47,669 nucleotides of DNA from a virus (Duplodnaviria > Caudoviricetes), in IMG/VR virus record IMGVR_UViG_3300011442_000014, positions 1 through 47,669 of that record; one strand, written 5' to 3'. A program made the position numbers and the translations under genes. The notes under the pieces are model-generated. The model made no database searches. It saw only the letters and a program-made list of their open reading frames with translations, and was not told the DNA's origin. Below are positions 18,569 through 27,559 of this stretch, piece by piece (the stretch's first letter is position 1; the number at the start of each line of letters is the position of its first letter).

Positions 18569-20112
18569 GGCATTCTCCGGCGTTTTGCTTGCAGACGTTC
18601 TCGCCGTTCAGCGATTGTGCGCTGATCAAACTGCCTCACCTCGCGGACAGAAGCCTTGTGATAAAGTCCAGGCGCAGGACGTAATGAAGTGGTCGGGCGA
18701 GCGGCTCCATTCGGGAATGTAGACGTCAAGGCGATGAGTGAGTCTTTCCCATGTTGAGCAGCGTAGCCGATCTTCTTCAAGACACCGAGGTTTCCATTTG
18801 GTAGAACTTTGTCCTGTTGATGTTCATGCCACAGATGGACCAAAATGCCATCGCCTTGTGTGCATGGTCCGAGCGCAGTCTCACAAATGATTGCGAATGC
18901 TTTGTCTTCACCTCCCCATCCGTGAAAGACTTGCGGAATTCCGCCGACTGCATCGTAGTTTACTCGCTTCACGACTACGATACCTCCGCCAGGAACTGTC
19001 ACATGCGGAACACGATCGCATTGCACCATCGCAGGAATCATCGGTAACGTCGATGGATGTTGGCCACAGATCACATGGGTCAATGCATCTTTCGCTCGGT
19101 GTACCATCGTGTGTGGCATCGCCCATGGAGCTCCCGCCTTTACTTTAGCCACAGCATCGCGTAGTTTGTCTGGATGAACGATGCAATCTGAATCTGCAAT
19201 TACGACAATCTCGCCACGAGCAGCGCCAGTCGCGTCTTCGACCGCGCGTCCCTTGATCCAATCTTTATGATCACAGAGTCCTTCGATAATTCGCCAGTCA
19301 GCATGATGCTCGGCATAATGCGCGCGGACACGAGTCCAATTTCGCTGGCGTTCTGCCGAGAGACGTTTCGACAGCGGAACGATAATGTCCACACCCTCAT
19401 AATTGCGTCGCAGTGCTTTCAGCATCGCCGACGTATGTGCTCTGGCCCATCCGTTGACTCTGCGACGCTCGTTGAAGACACTATCTGTATGTTGCCGATA
19501 ATAAAATGCGGCTCTAGTCGTCGGACGAAACTTCGCGCCGAGCCGAGAGAAACCGATCCAGAGTGCCGTATCCCATGCGCCGAGCATGTCACTACGGTAC
19601 GGGGATCGATCCCATAACGTTTTCCGAAATGGAGAATTGCCAGAACAGATGGCTGGAAGATCAAGTGCTGCGAGTCCATCGGCGCCTTGGTAGACACGTG
19701 CGCGTCGTGCAGGACCAGCAGCGATGTTTCCGCTTCGCTCATATCCGGCCTGAATAACATCGCACGATTCCGAAAGAATCCGAAACTCTTTGATGGCGTG
19801 CGACATGAGGAGATCATCGGCATCGAGATGCATGACCCACGGCGATACCGCCATCGTAACCGCGCGATTGCGCGCTGATCCGTAATCCAATTGAGTCGCC
19901 GAATGCTCGTGGCGAGTCGCAATGCCCGCTTTCTTGAATTCCTTGATTGCGTCTTCACAGGCGGTGAAATCCTCGACAGTTCCATGAGAGAACATGCAGA
20001 CACGACCGACACGCACCGTATTCGACAGAATGGATTTCGTCCATTCTGGCAGATACTTTCCATACCGATGACATGATGTCACGATCGTGAGGTCACTCCA
20101 CTGATCTTGCAT
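18565..20112 (-). CDS. Tandem GT-A (GT2-like) glycosyltransferase, two catalytic domains
   Basis: Domain 1: GSARNRAV, HLDADD. Domain 2: VDIIVP, IADSD, GGIPQVFHGWGGED, HLWH. Start set at ATG 20112 (TAATG overlap) rather than TTG 20169. Confidence 0.9.
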   Translation of the reverse strand: MQDQWSDLTIVTSCHRYGKYLPEWTKSILSNTVRVGRVCMFSHGTVEDFTACEDAIKEFKKAGIATRHEHSATQLDYGSARNRAVTMAVSPWVMHLDADDLLMSHAIKEFRILSESCDVIQAGYERSGNIAAGPARRARVYQGADGLAALDLPAICSGNSPFRKTLWDRSPYRSDMLGAWDTALWIGFSRLGAKFRPTTRAAFYYRQHTDSVFNERRRVNGWARAHTSAMLKALRRNYEGVDIIVPLSKRLSAERQRNWTRVRAHYAEHHADWRIIEGLCDHKDWIKGRAVEDATGAARGEIVVIADSDCIVHPDKLRDAVAKVKAGAPWAMPHTMVHRAKDALTHVICGQHPSTLPMIPAMVQCDRVPHVTVPGGGIVVVKRVNYDAVGGIPQVFHGWGGEDKAFAIICETALGPCTQGDGILVHLWHEHQQDKVLPNGNLGVLKKIGYAAQHGKDSLIALTSTFPNGAARPTTSLRPAPGLYHKASVREVRQFDQRTIAERRERLQAKRRRMP

Positions 20113-21821
20113 TATCTTTTCATGCTGAGGAAGGTCATCGGGCGAGATCTTCGTGTTAACGAACGCCAACCGAACGCAGTGTCCAGCAAATCGAGATATC
20201 GCAAAGCCACCGCAGACTCATCATGGTGCGCCGTCACATAGGTTGATACGCGAAAGGCTTCGGTCATGTAGAATGCGGGATCGTCGATGAGACATTCGAG
20301 TTGTGTTTCCAACTGTTCGCTATTCACCGCCATCGTATATGGTACTGCGCCGAACTGTTCGGTGTAGCGCCTCGCAACCGTTTCGTCTCCTGCAATCACG
20401 GGCAATCCCATCGCTGCCGACTCGAGTCCGGAGCACTGAATGCCGAGCCAGAACGAATCAAACGCCGCGTGACATGTCGCTTTGATGCGAAGTACTTCGT
20501 GATGATCCTTATCGTGTAACATCACTGGTTCGACGGGAATACCTCGTGCATTCAAGCGCTCGCACGCAGCGAGAAATTCTTTCGTTCCTTTCCGCTCTGG
20601 CTTTGACGGTGAGTGTGCGATGCGGAATGGACTGTTACCATCCCACGGCACGGACAAACGATCTCGCAAGCGACGATATCGCGCCACGGGCATAACGTTC
20701 GGAAGGAAATGAGCCTCGACATCCGTTGTCCATGAGAACAACTCGAGATTCGACAACAGGATCAATGCGTTGATCGATCTCGCTTGTGCGTTGTACTCCG
20801 CTGCATTCGCTCGCAGTAAGGATCCATGATGATGAAAAACCGTCGGAGACGTTCGGCGTGTTCGCTTCGCTTGGCTCATGACTCCATGAAAATGAAGGAC
20901 GTCCGCCTGTTGTTGCGCTTGCATCATTTTCACAGAATTCTGGGACATCAACAATCCGTCAGGCACGCCGAACGGCCCCGGTCGATTCTTAAAGAAGAGT
21001 GAGGAGTGTGGAGTCGTACGATTGATCGCCGTATGCAAGCGCGATGGAGCAAGGCCATCATCACGATAGACGATATGCGCAATCTGTAATGCTTCGCGCC
21101 CACCGATCTGTGTATCTGATGCGAACGCCGTCGGCATTGAGCATTGACTTCTCTCGTCTGCAATCTGCACAGCGTGATTCTCGCGCTTCGCAGACATGCG
21201 CGATGGTGACCGGCCAAGCTGGCGTTGATTATTGATCGTTATATTAGACACACGATGCTCAAAGCCAGGGCCACCATATTGATGCGTGCAGAGCACACGA
21301 TGATTCGCATAGATCCAATGATGCCGACCTTGATAGCGAAGTCCGGGCTGCCAGCGGATCAGTCTTGGTTGTCCATATTGGCGCTTGTAGAGATTGGAAT
21401 GCACGCGGATCCAACCAACATCGCAAATCGGCACCTCGCGCAAAGCCTGCGGAGTGAGCACAGTCTCATCTGCATCGATGATAAAGAGCATGTCTCCCGC
21501 ACGCGTGTGTCGAAAATAGAGCGATCGCTTGTCGCATTGTGATAGACCAGCCCCATCGATAAGCGTCGTGCGTTTCATCTTCGACAAGTATTCGCGCGTG
21601 CCATCCGTGCTAAGTCCTTGATCAATCGCACCATATGCGCCATCCACAGCGATCACTGCCTCGACGTAGGAGAACCACGACGGCAATGTCTGCTTGAGTG
21701 CATCGAGATCATTCCATACGTTGATACAGGCCACGATCCTGGCCGGGCGTTCCGTATCCGACAGTGGTGTGCTGTCGAGTTCACGCGTCGTGGCTGGATT
21801 CCAGAATGATGGTTGCGTCAT
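20112..21821 (-). CDS. Fused GT-A (GT2-like) + GT-B (GT4-like) glycosyltransferase
   Basis: N-terminal VDG...STDGT, IIDADE and PRL..W. C-terminal HSPSKPERKGT and GLESAAMGLPVI (GT-B signature). Confidence 0.88.
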   Translation of the reverse strand: MTQPSFWNPATTRELDSTPLSDTERPARIVACINVWNDLDALKQTLPSWFSYVEAVIAVDGAYGAIDQGLSTDGTREYLSKMKRTTLIDGAGLSQCDKRSLYFRHTRAGDMLFIIDADETVLTPQALREVPICDVGWIRVHSNLYKRQYGQPRLIRWQPGLRYQGRHHWIYANHRVLCTHQYGGPGFEHRVSNITINNQRQLGRSPSRMSAKRENHAVQIADERSQCSMPTAFASDTQIGGREALQIAHIVYRDDGLAPSRLHTAINRTTPHSSLFFKNRPGPFGVPDGLLMSQNSVKMMQAQQQADVLHFHGVMSQAKRTRRTSPTVFHHHGSLLRANAAEYNAQARSINALILLSNLELFSWTTDVEAHFLPNVMPVARYRRLRDRLSVPWDGNSPFRIAHSPSKPERKGTKEFLAACERLNARGIPVEPVMLHDKDHHEVLRIKATCHAAFDSFWLGIQCSGLESAAMGLPVIAGDETVARRYTEQFGAVPYTMAVNSEQLETQLECLIDDPAFYMTEAFRVSTYVTAHHDESAVALRYLDLLDTAFGWRSLTRRSRPMTFLSMKR

Positions 21822-22318
21822 GATGAAAGATCCAAGTACGATATCGCAAGCGCCATGTGTCGTTCAAGTTGTTCGACACCGATGTATTTGATGCCCATCG
21901 TGCGACACACCTTGCCGACCGTGCTCCGTCCCATGAACCCATCCCAGACCACTTGTCCAGGACGAACATATTGCGACAGCAATCTCACAACGAGTTCTTC
22001 CGGATACCATCCAGATGGTTCTGGATTATAGTTTGTGAGATTGAGCGGAACGAAGTCAGTCACGTATGTATTCGCCCAGAAGACTTCTCGATCTTTACTC
22101 CATGCACTGACCTCGCGCGTCAGCTGCATGTGCGACCACTGCTCTGCTTGGTCTTTCCGATGTCGCCATTGATGAATGATCGCTGGCGTCTTCGCGAGAC
22201 CAATCGGCATTGGTCCATAGGGATTCGTCAACACAAAATCTACCCAATCCGTACACGGCCACTGATCCGCGTTGCCGAGCCAGAGTGTCGTCGTTGCATC
22301 GTGATAGGTGATCTTCAT
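21818..22318 (-). CDS. Small, divergent amino-(N6A/N4C)-methyltransferase-fold protein, beta order
   Basis: DFVLTNPYG (motif IV-like) precedes YPEELV..L, VWDGFMGRST (motif I-like) and YIGVE. Confidence 0.65.
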   Translation of the reverse strand: MKITYHDATTTLWLGNADQWPCTDWVDFVLTNPYGPMPIGLAKTPAIIHQWRHRKDQAEQWSHMQLTREVSAWSKDREVFWANTYVTDFVPLNLTNYNPEPSGWYPEELVVRLLSQYVRPGQVVWDGFMGRSTVGKVCRTMGIKYIGVEQLERHMALAISYLDLSS

Positions 22319-22902
22319 GCGACCAACTCTGCTGTGGCTGTGCTCATACCGAATTCATCCAATGTCTCATCATGTTCAGTAATGCGGAATCCCATCGGGA
22401 TCAATGCTTCCTCCATCGCGACGGAATAGTCACGTCTCCGCCAATCATCAAGGAAAAGAATTCCATGTGGCGCGCACCATTCAGCAAAATACGGAGCGAG
22501 TGCGATACGATAGCTCAGATTGCCCGAGTCGACTGAGATGAGATCGAATGGTGGCCATGTCTTGGACTCAAAAGCACTCTGCAGGTAACAATGCTCCGTG
22601 TTCAGTCCGTCTCGACGCAATTCAGCACTCGTCATATCGAGCCATTTCTGGTGAGTGTCAGTTGTGATGACAATCATATCAGGATGATCATGCATCGCGT
22701 GACGCAGCATGTGCGACGTAATGCCGCTCCCGAGATCAAGGACCCATCGTGGCTGTCGCTCGTAGACCAGATTGACGAGCAGCTGACAACCGACGAGACG
22801 AAGCGATGTTTGCTTCCGACGATAATTCCATGGACGAACAGATCCAGACGGTGGTCCGCCGAGTGCGAAGAATCGATTATAAATTGCGGCAACGTTAATC
22901 AT
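22315..22902 (-). CDS. Class I SAM-dependent methyltransferase (Methyltransf_24-like)
   Basis: VLDLGSGITS, FDLISVD and GILFLDD motifs. Confidence 0.8.
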   Translation of the reverse strand: MINVAAIYNRFFALGGPPSGSVRPWNYRRKQTSLRLVGCQLLVNLVYERQPRWVLDLGSGITSHMLRHAMHDHPDMIVITTDTHQKWLDMTSAELRRDGLNTEHCYLQSAFESKTWPPFDLISVDSGNLSYRIALAPYFAEWCAPHGILFLDDWRRRDYSVAMEEALIPMGFRITEHDETLDEFGMSTATAELVA

Positions 22903-23612
22903 GCGCTCACCGCCATCGATTGGGAGAGTTCAACGGTGTACTCGTGGGGATCCATCAGCGCGTTATCGAAGAGTTCGGGCACCGAACGATATCCGTAGCC
23001 GAGTGAGCCTTGACCCGGACGATAGCAGAGCAGTGCTTCGATCTTCCGCATCCATTCTTTCTTCGAGAGTGGAATCTTTGTGAGACGCATCGACCCGCAT
23101 ATGGCACGCTCCTCGACGGGTTTCGAATAGACGTAGACTCCGTGGAGTGTGACGCGTACGCCCGGATGCTTCTGTGCGAACTTCGATGCTGCATTCGCGC
23201 AGAGAATATGCGAAATACTTCCGTATCCGGCATCGATATGGATATCGTCAGCACCGCAGACCGTATGCAGATGCAAGATATCCAACTCGAGGAGATCTTC
23301 TATCCGATCTTCGATCATCGCTTGCACATCGAACGGACGTTCGGCCATCACGTCTTCAGGAATCTCCCACGTCTCAAACGCATTGACACGTAAGGCTTCC
23401 ATCGCGCGCTGCCATTCCACACGACGGAGTGTGTCGAGATTGTCGAGCGGATAGAGCCGTGACTGACGAATCGACGGCTTATTGTCCGTGACAAGAATCA
23501 CACGAGTCTTGAGACCGGAGAAGTGCGCATGAGTAATTGCGCCAGCCATCGCCAATGTCTCATCGTCCGTATGCGGAGTCAAGAACACTTCCCACAGATC
23601 GTTCTCAGGCAT
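22899..23612 (-). CDS. PIG-L/LmbE-family N-deacetylase
   Basis: PHTDDE metal-binding motif, R..E...A...L and K.EAL.CY. GAGGAG SD before ATG 23612. Confidence 0.85.
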   Translation of the reverse strand: MPENDLWEVFLTPHTDDETLAMAGAITHAHFSGLKTRVILVTDNKPSIRQSRLYPLDNLDTLRRVEWQRAMEALRVNAFETWEIPEDVMAERPFDVQAMIEDRIEDLLELDILHLHTVCGADDIHIDAGYGSISHILCANAASKFAQKHPGVRVTLHGVYVYSKPVEERAICGSMRLTKIPLSKKEWMRKIEALLCYRPGQGSLGYGYRSVPELFDNALMDPHEYTVELSQSMAVSA

Positions 23613-23982
23613 CACTCGTCTCCTCGATTGCTGGGAGTACACCATTCCACTCAACACAATCCACTTGCGTGTGATGTCCACGAGGACGGACTGGTTGTTC
23701 ATTCACTTCCCATGTACGTCCTGCATCGGGACCGGTCAAGGCCTGCACGACATCACGCTGCTGAATGTCGATAGTCGCTTTCCCGTACCAACGAATAATC
23801 CCAGAGCGCGCGAGACCTCCATCCTGCGGCGCTTCTGGCGTGCGTGATCGATTAATGACTGCACCGACGACAGCGATGGGTGATAGATTCCGTGTGTCGA
23901 TACCAGGACCAGACCGAGTCACGCTCGGACGCCAGATTCGAATCGTACTATCGAACCATCCGGTGATTGACGGTCTCGTCAT
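23605..23982 (-). CDS. Head-closure / head-tail adaptor (SPP1 gp16-like)
   Basis: About 125 aa beta protein with DIQQRDVV and HHTQV, downstream of the connector. ATGA overlap. Confidence 0.65.
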   Translation of the reverse strand: MTRPSITGWFDSTIRIWRPSVTRSGPGIDTRNLSPIAVVGAVINRSRTPEAPQDGGLARSGIIRWYGKATIDIQQRDVVQALTGPDAGRTWEVNEQPVRPRGHHTQVDCVEWNGVLPAIEETSDA

Positions 23983-24617
23983 ACAAGGATCCTCTTGTAG
24001 TGATTGATCGTCAGCCATCCACTCGCGGTGATAATCGATCCACTGATCAACGCAGTCGCGCCGAGGTCCACGGTGTAGCTGTAGTCGCCAATCTTCTCGC
24101 TTGTGATTCCCGCTGTTCCCGTCGAGATCGCAATATCGTTGTTGTATTGCCGCATCACGATCTCAATGATCAACTGTTGAATATCGTCTGGTGCGACGAC
24201 ATAGCCATCATGGTAGTGCAGACGAAACTCCACGCACCGATCCCAGAACGGACCCCAGACTCCGAAGGACAATAAGGTGTCGTCGCGACGTTCGTAGTCT
24301 TCGAGTTCGATCATTTCGTCCCATGGTCCGTTGTCGCCGATGAGTCGTTGCGACACGACAATGAGTGCGAGTGGATCTGCTGATTCAGGCACATCGGTAC
24401 TCGGTGTCTCATCGATATGGCCACGGATATAGATCTCCCGTCGTCCGGTGCCATTCACATAGTCCGTGCGAGGAATTGGAGGTTGAAACCGTTGATGCGT
24501 TTCGCGCTCCACGAATGCAGTCGCTGCGAGAATCAGTTGTATCAGGTGCTCGTCAGATGAATCGTCATCAGCTTCGATGCCGAGGAGGACCTTGACTTGC
24601 GCCAGCTCTACGATCAT
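23979..24617 (-). CDS. Head-tail connector (HK97 gp6 / SPP1 gp15-like)
   Basis: L..VK..LGI...D..L..LI.AA...VE, Y..GY..PDDI and SEKIGDYSYT. Confidence 0.85.
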   Translation of the reverse strand: MIVELAQVKVLLGIEADDDSSDEHLIQLILAATAFVERETHQRFQPPIPRTDYVNGTGRREIYIRGHIDETPSTDVPESADPLALIVVSQRLIGDNGPWDEMIELEDYERRDDTLLSFGVWGPFWDRCVEFRLHYHDGYVVAPDDIQQLIIEIVMRQYNNDIAISTGTAGITSEKIGDYSYTVDLGATALISGSIITASGWLTINHYKRILV

Positions 24618-24638
24618 GGACCGATCCTCGTTGGAGCG

Positions 24639-24917
24639 TTAACCCTCGGACTTCAGCTTTGCTGCTTGACGCACGTCGGACTTCGTGATCTGCCCATCTC
24701 GTCCAGTGCCCTTCACCGTGCTGAGATCGACGTTTAGTTCATCCGCTAACTCGTACACATCCGGGCGGATCTTGACTTCGCCGAGATGTTCAGGAGACAT
24801 CTTATCGGTGCCAGCGTTGACTGGAACTGTCTCGTCACGTTGGTCGACGCGAATCCCCGGAGCCATCTTGTGTTCACCTTTCTGCACGACCAGTCGCTTC
24901 GCTTCGAGATATCGCAT
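24639..24917 (-). CDS. Small protein with an E3-binding (PSBD)-like domain
   Basis: RPDVYELADELNVDLSTVKGTGRDGQITKSDV matches the peripheral-subunit-binding-domain pattern. AAGGAG SD. Confidence 0.8.
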   Translation of the reverse strand: MRYLEAKRLVVQKGEHKMAPGIRVDQRDETVPVNAGTDKMSPEHLGEVKIRPDVYELADELNVDLSTVKGTGRDGQITKSDVRQAAKLKSEG

Positions 24918-24938
24918 CGTGTGCTCCTTGTGCGTGAA

Positions 24939-24972
24939 CGCATGCGTTAGTCTCGGAATACTAACGCATGCG
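24939..24972 (-). terminator. 13-bp perfect stem-loop downstream of the major capsid gene
   Basis: cgcatgcgttagt (24939-24951) / actaacgcatgcg (24960-24972) with an 8-nt loop. The U tract is short, so it may be a partial terminator or an mRNA stabiliser. Confidence 0.6.
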
Positions 24973-25000
24973 CTGATTTTGAATCACGAACTGCGAACGA

Positions 25001-26590
25001 CTAGCTGTTCGGCGCTTCCGTGATGGCGAACTCGAACGCAAACGGACGCTTGACGGCGAATGCGAGACGCTCTTCCGCGCGAAGCGTGCGGAGGTTGCGA
25101 GCGAAGTCGTCGTCGACAAATCCGACAGCCAACTGGATGGACTCACGATCGTAGATCGTTGCACCACGGACACCATCACCGACGCAGATGCGCCGTTCGT
25201 CCGTCTCCAGATTGGTCATCGCATCCGACTCCACGACACGCAACGACCAGATGCGCGGGCCACGAAGATCAGTGACGAGTCCCCAAATGTAATGCGTGTC
25301 GCTGCCCTTTGTGAGCTCCACCTCTTCCCAATCAACCGGATCGATCAAGACGAAGGTCGGTGTGACGCGACGCTTCCGCAAATCTGTGCGCATTTTGCGG
25401 ATGGTATCGATCACTGTATCGCCCACATCAGCGCGAGTAAACTCCGGCATGCCAACCGTCGGATCGAACAGACCAATGAGATCTCCGTTCGAGCCGTCGC
25501 CCCAGACCAACTGACGCTCTTCCTCGACCTTGATGTCCAACGACATCTCCCCATTGATGATACCGACCAGACGCGGTGAATCGGAGACATCCTGCTCGGT
25601 CACCTTGCTGAGCACGGCGATTGTTCCCACCGTCGCATTCTGCGCATCGAATACGATCTTCAAGTACTGCTTTGCAGCTCCGCGAGATTCCTGCGACTGT
25701 GCGGCTCTGGTGGTCGCGGTGTGACGAATGTAGCGAACGACATCGGAAGTCGTCGGCGTGACATTCAACACATCGCGAATCGAGAGAATCTCCTGCTCTT
25801 CGAAACGAACAACTTCCGGATCACGATCGACCGCAATGATGGCATCGGTTCCCAGATTCGGCAACGTCGCAGAATCAAACGCCTTCTTCTCGAACTCGAT
25901 GGCGGCTTCGCCCATCAGTCGGACTGCTTTCTTGCCGAGCCGACCACCGACATCGACTTTCTTCGAGAACCCAGAGCCGATCCCCGAGCGCTTGAAGTTC
26001 AGGAAGTCGTCCGAGGCAACGAACATGTGGCCCGGAGTCGTCCAGAGCGTCTTGTTGCGGATGTTCTCCGTCTCGCCGGGCAACGTGACCTTGTCGACAT
26101 TCCGAAGTCTCTTCGTGATTCCGGCGATCTTGTTATAGCGATCGATCTGAGACTGGAGCTCTTCGGCTTCCTGTGCCTTGGCCTCCAGTTCCTCGCCACG
26201 CTCTTGTGGAATCGTTCCGGCGGCCATCTCGATCTGTCCGGCTTCGAGTTCCGTCAAGAGACCCTTCAGGTCCTTCTCCATCATGCGAATGTTCGCCGGC
26301 TTCTTTTCTTCACCGACTTTGGCGACGAGACCCATGAGGGAGACGCCGATCATAGTCAATGGATCCGTACTTGCGAGTGTGATGTGATGTTCGTGCGAAC
26401 CAAACACCAGAATCGCGATAATGAATGCAGCGAGAACGAATACTCCTGCGATGGCAACCAAGCGATCAGTGATCGCGAGGCCTCCCGCAGCAAGAGATCG
26501 TCCGAGCGTTCCAAATTGCGCACAGCCATGCAACACGCCATGGATCTTGCGCAGAACGAATCCGCCACGAGACACGAGGGTGCTTAACAT
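25001..26590 (-). CDS. HK97-fold major capsid protein with a long N-terminal delta domain
   Basis: EE.QLVWGDG, IDPVDW and DDFARNLRTLRAEERLAFAVKRPFAF C-terminal HK97 motifs. GGAGGAG SD 10 nt before ATG 26590. Confidence 0.95.
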   Translation of the reverse strand: MLSTLVSRGGFVLRKIHGVLHGCAQFGTLGRSLAAGGLAITDRLVAIAGVFVLAAFIIAILVFGSHEHHITLASTDPLTMIGVSLMGLVAKVGEEKKPANIRMMEKDLKGLLTELEAGQIEMAAGTIPQERGEELEAKAQEAEELQSQIDRYNKIAGITKRLRNVDKVTLPGETENIRNKTLWTTPGHMFVASDDFLNFKRSGIGSGFSKKVDVGGRLGKKAVRLMGEAAIEFEKKAFDSATLPNLGTDAIIAVDRDPEVVRFEEQEILSIRDVLNVTPTTSDVVRYIRHTATTRAAQSQESRGAAKQYLKIVFDAQNATVGTIAVLSKVTEQDVSDSPRLVGIINGEMSLDIKVEEERQLVWGDGSNGDLIGLFDPTVGMPEFTRADVGDTVIDTIRKMRTDLRKRRVTPTFVLIDPVDWEEVELTKGSDTHYIWGLVTDLRGPRIWSLRVVESDAMTNLETDERRICVGDGVRGATIYDRESIQLAVGFVDDDFARNLRTLRAEERLAFAVKRPFAFEFAITEAPNS

Positions 26591-26635
26591 CGTGTGAGTG
26601 CTCCTCCAAAAGGGACAAGTGATACGTGAGTGTGG

Positions 26636-27559
26636 TTACTGCGCTTCGCGAATATCCGATGTGCGAGCCTTGAGGAGTGTGCGTTGCAGACGCTGCGTGA
26701 GTGCATCGCCCATCTGGTAGACGACGGGTTCCCCAATCTTTGGCTCCGATAGAATGCCAGACTTCTTGACGGGTGGAATCTCCGAGTCATCGTCGTCCGT
26801 GTCGGACTCTAAGTCCGGGACAGACTTCGGTGCGGGCGGATCATCCTGTTCGTCAATCTCGTCCTCGATCTCATCGTCATCGAGATCTTCGTCCTTCGGG
26901 TCCTCCACTTTCTTGTCTACGGGCTGGATCTTCAGCAACGATCCAATGCGTGAGGCAAGTTTGCGAAACATCATCCGGTCGAGGTTGGTGACCTCGCGCG
27001 GGTCGGTCAATGCCAGTTGCTTGAGAAACATCTTCACCGACGACGCATCAACAGCAGCGTTCTCGTTCATCGGAAAGAGCACGAGGGAGACTTCCTTCAG
27101 ATCGGCCTTCTCGATATGACGCACGCGATCGAAGAAGCTATCCGTTCCTTCCGGTTGTTCGAAACTGAACTTCGTTGGAATAAATCCGATGGACATCTTT
27201 CCCACGAGCGGTCTGCCCGTGGTCTTACTCGGCCGCAACCGATTCATCACGGCATCTCCCTCTGCGCCTGGAATCACTTCCCACGACGAGAGCAGGCCTT
27301 CCTTCGTTTCTTTCGCGGCAGTCATTTGTCCGATGGCCGAAAAGATATCGAAGTGATTATGGGAATTCAGAAGAGGCATGGCATCGCCTGATGCTTTCCA
27401 GTTCGCGAGCGTGTCTTTGAACGCTCCCTTGTGGATGACATCATTTCCCTGATCTTTGTCCCATGTGGCCGCGAGCCCCTCGAAGGTCCGGGACGCTTGG
27501 TCCGCGGCAGCTTTGAGAACAAACGGTACGACGATCCGCGCCAGTGCTTTCTTACTCAT
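26636..27559 (-). CDS. HK97-type prohead protease
   Basis: FEGLA..W..D..ND...GAF, LLNSH, MSIGF and LKEVSLVLFPMN, with an acidic C-terminal extension. Confidence 0.93.
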   Translation of the reverse strand: MSKKALARIVVPFVLKAAADQASRTFEGLAATWDKDQGNDVIHKGAFKDTLANWKASGDAMPLLNSHNHFDIFSAIGQMTAAKETKEGLLSSWEVIPGAEGDAVMNRLRPSKTTGRPLVGKMSIGFIPTKFSFEQPEGTDSFFDRVRHIEKADLKEVSLVLFPMNENAAVDASSVKMFLKQLALTDPREVTNLDRMMFRKLASRIGSLLKIQPVDKKVEDPKDEDLDDDEIEDEIDEQDDPPAPKSVPDLESDTDDDDSEIPPVKKSGILSEPKIGEPVVYQMGDALTQRLQRTLLKARTSDIREAQ

